From a virus, in the IMG/VR virus record IMGVR_UViG_3300044644_002048, positions 5,747-69,746 of that record: a stretch of 64,000 nt of DNA, one strand, 5' to 3'. The position numbers and the translations under genes were made by a program. Below are positions 58,250 through 64,000 of this stretch, in pieces (position 1 is the first letter of the stretch; the number at the start of each line of letters is the position of its first letter). The notes below the pieces were generated by a model. It had not been told where the DNA came from. It worked only from the letters and a program-made list of their open reading frames with translations, and made no database searches.

Positions 58250-58861
58250 ATGAATCAAACACTTCTTGGAGCCAAAATGAGTAATCTAAAATCTGATATT
58301 TTAAAACTTAGAGCAGAAGGAAAATCTTATTCACAAATTAGTACTGAGCTTTCGTGTAATAAGTCTACAGTGTGTTATTACTGTGGGACAAATCAACGAT
58401 CAAAAGCTAATCAGAGACAAAATGTATTAAGAAATTCTTCAACTAATATTCTTAGTAGAAAACTAGAACATTTTAAAAGAAGATCTAAGCGAGATCTTAA
58501 GCGGAAAAATATTAATCAAAAAAGTATATCAAAAATGCTATCTACGAAAAGATATGATTTTTTAACAAGGGGAAGAGAGTTGTCAAACAAAGATTTTTCA
58601 GTAGAAGATCTAATAAAGCATATAGGAGACAATCCTGTTTGTTATCTTACTGGTACTCCAATAGACCTATCTAAGCACGCAGAGTTTACATTTGATCATA
58701 AAATTCCGGTATCTGCTGGCGGAGATAACTCTCTTGAAAATCTAGGATTGTGTACAAAAACTGTTAATATGTCTAAAACTAATATGACGCCAGATCAATA
58801 TATTCATCTGTGTAAGCAAGTTTTAGAATACAACGGATATAGTGTTGAAAAAATGTGTTGA
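58250..58861 (+). mobile_element. HNH homing endonuclease (with HTH) inserted antisense in the tRNA cluster
   Basis: KSYSQISTELSCNKSTV, CYLTG, FDHKIPVSAGG, NLG, VNMSK. Confidence 0.88.
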
Positions 58862-58938
58862 GTAAGATTTGAACTTACGTACCCGATTAAGGGAACAGAT
58901 TTACAGTCTGCTTGCTTTAACCACTTGCATATCAACAC
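58854..58938 (-). tRNA. tRNA-Tyr(GTA)
   Basis: GTGTTGA/TCAACAC; GCAGA-CTGTAAA-TCTGT; long variable arm. Confidence 0.9.
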
Positions 58939-58949
58939 TACGAATTAAA

Positions 58950-59023
58950 TGGGCCTGCTGGGATTCGAACCCAGATCTTGCACGTTAAAAGCATGAGATA
59001 ATTGCCGTTTATACTACAAGCCC
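58950..59023 (-). tRNA. tRNA-Lys(TTT)
   Basis: GGGCTTG/CAGGCCC; loop CTTTTAA; CTGGG-TTCGAAT-CCCAG. Confidence 0.85.
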
Positions 59024-59069
59024 ATATATTAGGGCTTACGTTTATAAATGTTATACATAATTATTACCT

Positions 59070-59267
59070 TTAAACGTATCTTATAAAGATGACACCTGAT
59101 ATCAAGTATAATAAAAAACCAATCCATAAAGACAAAATAGCAAAAGATGTTTTAATACTATAGGCTTCATGAGTAATTCCACGCAACTTGTCGATTTTGT
59201 TCATGATAAAAGGCACTGATGTAAACATAGATCCAATTATCAATAGAATAAAAGCTAAATTAATCAT
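59070..59267 (-). CDS. Small two-TM membrane protein
   Basis: Two hydrophobic segments. Confidence 0.55.
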   Translation of the reverse strand: MINLAFILLIIGSMFTSVPFIMNKIDKLRGITHEAYSIKTSFAILSLWIGFLLYLISGVIFIRYV

Positions 59268-59294
59268 TTTCCATTCCTAGATAAAATTTAGCAT

Positions 59295-59366
59295 TCAGGT
59301 ATTCGGACTCGAACCGAAATTTTGCCGCCCCAAACGGCATGGGTTAACCAAATTACCCTATACCCG
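59295..59366 (-). tRNA. tRNA-Pro(TGG)
   Basis: CGGGTAT/ATACCTG; TGCCG-TTTGGGG-CGGCA; TTCGAGT. Confidence 0.9.
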
Positions 59367-59372
59367 AAAAAT

Positions 59373-59435
59373 AATATGACCAATGAAGAATTTATTACTA
59401 TGTGCCAAAAAGTTGTAGATTATCAAAATACAAAA
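59373..59435 (+). pseudogene. Relic C-terminus of an HNH endonuclease
   Basis: NMTNEEFITMCQKVVDYQ resembles NMTPDQYIHLCKQVLEYN of 58250..58861. Confidence 0.55.
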
Positions 59436-59508
59436 CTGCCTAGCCCCGAGTCGAACGAGGAACCTTCAGAGTAACAATCTGCTACACTACCAATTGTGTT
59501 ACTAGGCA
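59436..59508 (-). tRNA. tRNA-Asn(GTT)
   Basis: TGCCTAG/CTAGGCA-G; CAGA-TTGTTAC-TCTG; TTCGACT. Confidence 0.88.
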
Positions 59509-59608
59509 ATATGTCCCCTTGTCGCGGGACGGTGGAAACACGCTATCATTTAATGTCATATAGTGACAGATCATGTATATTTATCAGTGTCGCTGATTTA
59601 AGAATTCA

Positions 59609-59682
59609 AGTCCTCAGCAGGTTGCAACCCGCTTACATACTACTCTTAGTGTTTCGAACCACCAAATATACACTATAAAGAC
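59609..59682 (-). ncRNA. tRNA-like element lacking an anticodon arm
   Basis: GTCTTTA/TGAGGAC acceptor; GCGGG-TTGCAAC-CTGC T-like arm; internal GGTTCGAA. Confidence 0.45.
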
Positions 59683-59747
59683 GGGGTGTAAAATACCCTT
59701 GTCTCGAATAATCTAATCCGCGAAATCAGATTACCGTCTAGTCTTTA

Positions 59748-59818
59748 AGCCCAATGTAGGAATCGAACCCACGTATTCGCATTACAAGTGCGACATAATA
59801 CCACTATACCAAATGGGC
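59748..59818 (-). tRNA. tRNA-Thr(TGT)
   Basis: GCCCATT/ATTGGGC; TCGCA-CTTGTAA-TGCGA; TTCGATT. Confidence 0.88.
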
Positions 59819-59987
59819 CGAATTGACCAACATACTACTAGCGTTAGACTTACGTCTTCATATGAAGGTCAAAGTGCGGTTTTTGAGTGAACGCCCGTGG
59901 TCCCAAACCTGCTGAAAAACACCCCACCGACTTTATGCTTTACGAGTGTCTATTTCGTAAGAACATAAAGATTGTCACGCCTTAAAT

Positions 59988-60063
59988 TGGCTGTCATGAG
60001 AATCGAACTCATTTCATTGCAACAGTTTATGAGACTGGCTAGATGCCTTACCTACCGACAGCG
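59988..60063 (-). tRNA. tRNA with CAT anticodon (Met/fMet/Ile2), atypical
   Basis: CGCTGTC/GACAGCC (C1-C72 mismatch); CAGT-CTCATAA-ACTG; ATGAG-TTCGATT-CTCAT. Confidence 0.75.
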
Positions 60064-60323
60064 TTAAATCCCCAAACCTCTTTAATTCGCCCAGCTTCCG
60101 CAGGAGACAGAGTTTCTACAAGATGACAATCATCTAATCTAAACCCACTACCAACTTTCCCACCAGAATCATGTGTCAAACCATTAGTAAGGTCAAGAAA
60201 TGTGACTATGTCAAATCCATATTCTTCATCGTAATGTTTTTCCGCGACAACTAAGCACGGAGACATTCCGTATGAATCACCAGTAACCACTACTTGATTT
60301 AATTTGCAATCATAAAGGTTCAT
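60048..60323 (-). CDS. Hypothetical protein
   Basis: ORF whose 3' end overlaps the CAT tRNA. Confidence 0.55.
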   Translation of the reverse strand: MNLYDCKLNQVVVTGDSYGMSPCLVVAEKHYDEEYGFDIVTFLDLTNGLTHDSGGKVGSGFRLDDCHLVETLSPAEAGRIKEVWGFNAVGR

Positions 60324-60340
60324 TTTTTTTATACGCCTTT

Positions 60341-60640
60341 TTATGGAAAACTTCCACTTTCTCCGCACACTAAACAGGTTTCTTCTATATCTGAACCGCC
60401 AGATGGATCATAACTAACTTTTGTAAACTCATGAGTGCATATAATTTCACCCATTAGTTTTTTGATTTTAGAATCTGCGTCCTTTTTGATCTCTTCTATT
60501 TTTCTTTTACGGTTTTCCATTTTCACCCTAATAGATTCAAGATCTTTAATCAAGGCAGCAGACTTTTCTGGGTCTCCACGCACAGATCCGATTACTTTAA
60601 CTAGAAGTTCCCTAGACAAAGTCATACACATTTTCCCCAA
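60341..60640 (-). CDS. Coiled-coil and zinc-finger protein
   Basis: CTH...DPSGG...CLVCG. Confidence 0.6.
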   Translation of the reverse strand: MGKMCMTLSRELLVKVIGSVRGDPEKSAALIKDLESIRVKMENRKRKIEEIKKDADSKIKKLMGEIICTHEFTKVSYDPSGGSDIEETCLVCGESGSFP

Positions 60641-60978
60641 ACAACCCCATTATCCTGTTTCATTTGTATTTGTTTTAACTCGCAGCATGAAGTGTTCTGT
60701 AAATAAGAACTTATATGTGCTAGGAACAAATCATCAACAGCCCCAAAAAATTCCATTTCTTTTTTATCGTCCCACCCCAATCTCTGAAGTGCTTGACCAA
60801 TAATACATCCGTCGCATTCTGGTCCTAAAGCCGAACCTTTATTATAGAAACATTTTACCCCAATATTTTGTGGGGCATATAAAAAATCAGGCTTTTCTTC
60901 TGCCAATTTCTTAACTTCATTAAGCACAACAGATAAAAAAGAATCTGAATGTATGTTGTATATTTCTTGTAGGTTCAT
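60622..60978 (-). CDS. Hypothetical phage protein
   Basis: PDFLY, CFY, GCIIGQAL, QMKQDNGVVWG. Confidence 0.65.
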   Translation of the reverse strand: MNLQEIYNIHSDSFLSVVLNEVKKLAEEKPDFLYAPQNIGVKCFYNKGSALGPECDGCIIGQALQRLGWDDKKEMEFFGAVDDLFLAHISSYLQNTSCCELKQIQMKQDNGVVWGKCV

Positions 60979-60979
60979 G

Positions 60980-61336
60980 CTATCCTTCCAATATTTTAAT
61001 GGCGGATTCTGGCCACTTTGTGTTTTCGTTCCACTCACATTCTATAGACCAACAAGGAATTTCCTCGTCATCCATAATAAGTGTTGGAATAGCCCACATA
61101 GAACTGAGGTAGGTGTATTCGTCATATACGGGAGCACCATTATAGATTACACCACCAGTATAGCTCCAATCACCAGCTAAACCAGCTTCTGCAAGCTTTG
61201 GTTTTTTATCACGGATAAGTTGTGCAGCCCTGTCCCAATCAAATGTCTTCATCGGAGTGTTCTGCTCACGAAGTGTTATAGCCTTCATTACCAGATCAAT
61301 ATCCATGAACGGAATATATTGCGATTTTGCAGTCAT
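60980..61336 (-). CDS. Hypothetical phage protein
   Basis: FDWDRAAQLI, AGLAGDWSYTGG, YLSSMWAIP. Confidence 0.7.
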   Translation of the reverse strand: MTAKSQYIPFMDIDLVMKAITLREQNTPMKTFDWDRAAQLIRDKKPKLAEAGLAGDWSYTGGVIYNGAPVYDEYTYLSSMWAIPTLIMDDEEIPCWSIECEWNENTKWPESAIKILEG

Positions 61337-61728
61337 TTTACAACCTTTCTTCCGTGCGTCAGCACGGTAACGCCATCCTTATTAACTTCATACCACGTAT
61401 CTTCCCAAGGTCCACGAAATGTTAAAGCATATGTAACTTTATGTGCTAGAACACGATGAACATTAGATCTTGGAGTAAACTTTGGCCAAATTGATGGGCC
61501 GAATTGCTTCATCTCTCCCGATAGTTTAACTTCCGTTACCCTTCCTGTCAAGAAAAAAGTCAGGGCATTAAAAGCGTGGGAATGGTAACTGAGTCTTGAC
61601 CCAGTATTAAATCTTAAAATTCCCACAGAGAAGAATTTCTTCCACTCGATAAGAAAATACCCAGTGACACCTGATTCTTTTCCACCATCATATTTCTTGT
61701 AGAAGAATTTAGGTATATAGGTGTTCAT
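61333..61728 (-). CDS. Cupin-like protein
   Basis: YHSHAFNA...HRV...TFRGPW. Confidence 0.65.
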   Translation of the reverse strand: MNTYIPKFFYKKYDGGKESGVTGYFLIEWKKFFSVGILRFNTGSRLSYHSHAFNALTFFLTGRVTEVKLSGEMKQFGPSIWPKFTPRSNVHRVLAHKVTYALTFRGPWEDTWYEVNKDGVTVLTHGRKVVK

Positions 61729-62054
61729 TATGCCCAATCTACCTCAAAATGTTTATAAACTGGCCACAATTTACTACCTATATTTGCTGGATCTAGTGTT
61801 ACATTCCTGTTCCACACGGTCCAATGTTCCCTATTCCCATTTGGGTCTTTGTGCTTCTGGATGGCGACAACACCTTCTTGGGGCTTTCCTGAGACCATGA
61901 GTGCGTCAGAACCGATTACCTCATACATCTCTTCGTCATTCATTATACCATCGTGTCCGACGATTGCAATAGCTTCTTCGAGAGGAATTTCAAAAACCAT
62001 TGCCACACAACACTGCCCACACGAAGTCCGCGTTTTCTGTTTAATTAGTTTCAT
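61728..62054 (-). CDS. C39-like cysteine peptidase
   Basis: KQ..SCGQCCVAM, HWTVW, LDP. Confidence 0.7.
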   Translation of the reverse strand: MKLIKQKTRTSCGQCCVAMVFEIPLEEAIAIVGHDGIMNDEEMYEVIGSDALMVSGKPQEGVVAIQKHKDPNGNREHWTVWNRNVTLDPANIGSKLWPVYKHFEVDWA

Positions 62055-62601
62055 TTACAATCTTCTCAAGTTTCTTGCATGTCCGTTTGCCACACTGTAT
62101 CTTTTCACAGACATAGTGGTGTTTATCATAATAATTGATAGATTCCCCATAACTTATATTCCTCTTTAAGAGGCAATCATATTCGTCATGGTATCTAAGG
62201 AATTTTTTCCAAAGAAATTTCACTTCGTAATAATGAAACTCTTTGAACTTTACGGCGTACCAGAACTCACTCTTAACAAATTCTAAACCGCCCATTCTAA
62301 CGGTCTTGAATTTTTTTGTACGAGTACGTATGTATTTCTTTCTCTTTTTTTCTTTGAGGATTCCATCTTCAACGAAAAAGTGCCAACCAAGAAATCTGTC
62401 TTTATATTCGATTAAATACTTGTACATTTCCTTGTGTGGGCCATATTTTGACCGATGTACAATATCAGAATATATCTGGTCAAATCTTTCTCCAACTCTT
62501 GAACCAAGAAATCTTTCGCCTTCGGACCAATATGATGGAGTTCGCTTATCCTGATCAAACGGAATCCTGATAGGTTCTTTCGTTGGTAGATCTGAGTCCA
62601 T
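62041..62601 (-). CDS. Hypothetical protein
   Basis: FLGSRVG, FFVEDGIL. Confidence 0.6.
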   Translation of the reverse strand: MDSDLPTKEPIRIPFDQDKRTPSYWSEGERFLGSRVGERFDQIYSDIVHRSKYGPHKEMYKYLIEYKDRFLGWHFFVEDGILKEKKRKKYIRTRTKKFKTVRMGGLEFVKSEFWYAVKFKEFHYYEVKFLWKKFLRYHDEYDCLLKRNISYGESINYYDKHHYVCEKIQCGKRTCKKLEKIVNETN

Positions 62602-62971
62602 TTAATATCTCCTGAATCGCGTTAATCATTCTTTGTGGATCACTACTAAAAAACCAATGTAGAAATGGGCCGGAAGGATCAGAACATACACCATATGAAT
62701 ATAGTGGACAACGTCCGCAAGCACCAGAGTGTAATGCATAGTAATTATGACACCAAACACACTCTTCTGTAGAAAATTTAAAAACATTTCCAGCAATATC
62801 ACTTATATTAACTGATCCTAAAGATTTTACTAGTTCATGTTTTTCTAGATTTTCTTTTAGTGCCCCTGTCCATTTTATGTATGCGTGTTCAGCCTGAACT
62901 AATGGACTTTCATTCACAATCTGTGTCGCAGGCACAGGATAGAATTCAGCTTTCCAAGATTCGATACTCAT
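62555..62971 (-). CDS. Cys-rich hypothetical protein
   Basis: KWTG, CVWC, CGRCPL. Confidence 0.65.
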   Translation of the reverse strand: MSIESWKAEFYPVPATQIVNESPLVQAEHAYIKWTGALKENLEKHELVKSLGSVNISDIAGNVFKFSTEECVWCHNYYALHSGACGRCPLYSYGVCSDPSGPFLHWFFSSDPQRMINAIQEILNGLRSTNERTYQDSV

Positions 62972-63228
62972 GGTTGTTTTCCAATTGCTGCGTGATAACC
63001 CATCATATATGATTGGTCTTTTGAATTTTGAATACCGTCTGCAATACCCTGCTCATAAGTTTTAGCTGCTCTAGCAGAAGCCAACTGTTCTGAAAGGTCA
63101 TTCATCTGATCTAACAGAATGTTATTCCTCTGTTCTAAAACTTCAGCCCTAAACTTGGCAATCTTATATTCATTTAAGACAAGATAAGTAAGAACAACAG
63201 AAATAAAAATTACAATGAAATTCTTCAT
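62968..63228 (-). CDS. Membrane-anchored coiled-coil protein
   Basis: N-terminal TM; GYHAA. Confidence 0.6.
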   Translation of the reverse strand: MKNFIVIFISVVLTYLVLNEYKIAKFRAEVLEQRNNILLDQMNDLSEQLASARAAKTYEQGIADGIQNSKDQSYMMGYHAAIGKQP

Positions 63229-63695
63229 ACGTTTCCTCTTTTTAACTTTTCTATTATCTTTAGTCTTGTTTTTCTGACATTCTCACCAGATCGCCCTATT
63301 TTTTGTCCAGTTTCATGTAGGGTATCTCCACGCATCATACCTTTTAATACAATCATGTCTAATCGGCTTAGATTAGCCCTTTTTATCCTGACACCCAAAT
63401 CCTCAAGATCATCCATCACTCTCTTTTTTACTGGCTGCTTTTTCTGATAATTTTGTTTGTTTTTGTTTTTCTTTAATTCGCCTAGCAACCAATAAGTCTT
63501 TTTGTATATGAATGTTGTGTCTTCTATATCTTGTTTTGGTAGAGATCTCGTCCAAATTGAATAGGCTACATCATTAATAAAATCTTCTACATCTAACTTC
63601 AGAGACTTTATAGTTGGATATAGATTGTATTTTGTTATAGCAGCCTTTACTAAGTGTCTAAAATCCGGCCTAGACACTATATCTTCTTTGTTCAT
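63225..63695 (-). CDS. Sigma70 region-4 / ECF-like protein
   Basis: DVEDFINDV; LSRLDMIVL..GDTLHETGQKIGRSGENVRK. Confidence 0.65.
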   Translation of the reverse strand: MNKEDIVSRPDFRHLVKAAITKYNLYPTIKSLKLDVEDFINDVAYSIWTRSLPKQDIEDTTFIYKKTYWLLGELKKNKNKQNYQKKQPVKKRVMDDLEDLGVRIKRANLSRLDMIVLKGMMRGDTLHETGQKIGRSGENVRKTRLKIIEKLKRGNV

Positions 63696-64000
63696 AGTCC
63701 ACTCTTCCCACTGCATATTTTAAAATGCAATGAATATTTTGTCTGGAGCATTTCATCTTTTGAGCTATTTCTATATTATCAAAACCATCCATTCTAAGCT
63801 TTAAAACACTAGCTTGTTTTGGTGTTAACTTACCCAGTATTCTATCACTTTCTTCGCGAGAGTCAACTTCGTCGAAGGAAGAATCTGAATAAAAGTTATC
63901 AACTTTGAGAAAACGTTTCTTTTTATTTCTTTGTTTAACGTATTTACAGCTTACCCATATGCAATGCTTTATAACAAAATGGGCCATAGATATTTTATTT
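63670..64000 (-). CDS. Sigma70 region-4 / ECF-like protein, N-terminus outside the window
   Basis: LTPKQASVLKLRMDGFDNIEIAQKMKCSRQNI; frame open to the window end. Confidence 0.65.
   Translation of the reverse strand, partial: NKISMAHFVIKHCIWVSCKYVKQRNKKKRFLKVDNFYSDSSFDEVDSREESDRILGKLTPKQASVLKLRMDGFDNIEIAQKMKCSRQNIHCILKYAVGRVDYEQRRYSV

Noticed and set aside
59496-59678. 60-aa plus-strand ORF
   Set aside because: Antisense to tRNA-Asn and the tRNA-like element; no SD or recognisable motif.
1658-62554. The many short antisense ORFs in the ORF track
   Set aside because: They lie opposite well-supported genes and show no motifs; treated as shadow ORFs.

Overview
AT-rich, gene-dense 64-kb segment of a large (jumbo-type) dsDNA bacteriophage. 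A Planctomycetota-like host is a soft inference. Most genes are on the minus strand: RecA, PhoH, class Ia ribonucleotide reductase (nrdA/nrdB), dCMP deaminase, ThyA, DHFR, phosphoesterases, a MazG-like pyrophosphatase, a papain-like protease/membrane-protein module, T4-like PNK, a DnaE split over two genes (one with a LAGLIDADG intein), a Bpt/ATE-like transferase, macro and vWA domains, and many small hypotheticals. A plus-strand island of about 16.8 kb (22085-38855) encodes glycosyltransferases, methyltransferases and nucleotide-sugar enzymes. The 54.5-60.1 kb region is an RNA and translation-control hotspot with eight assignable tRNAs, a compact tmRNA and an array of three covarying hairpins ahead of a TerD-like gene. 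The top finding is an atypical tRNA with an 8-nt anticodon loop (UUCA), about 400 nt downstream of a leader ORF AUG-UUC-UGAA-UGC-AGA-CCA-CCA-UAA. That leader reaches Arg-Pro-Pro-stop only if UGAA is read as one four-base codon, and its 3' end pairs with the Shine-Dalgarno of the gene lying between them. Also notable are a tRNA-like RNA with three T-arms (38856-38987) and a probable -1 frameshift at A_AAA_AAG (near 15820). All protein calls come from reading motifs by eye; no database searches were run.
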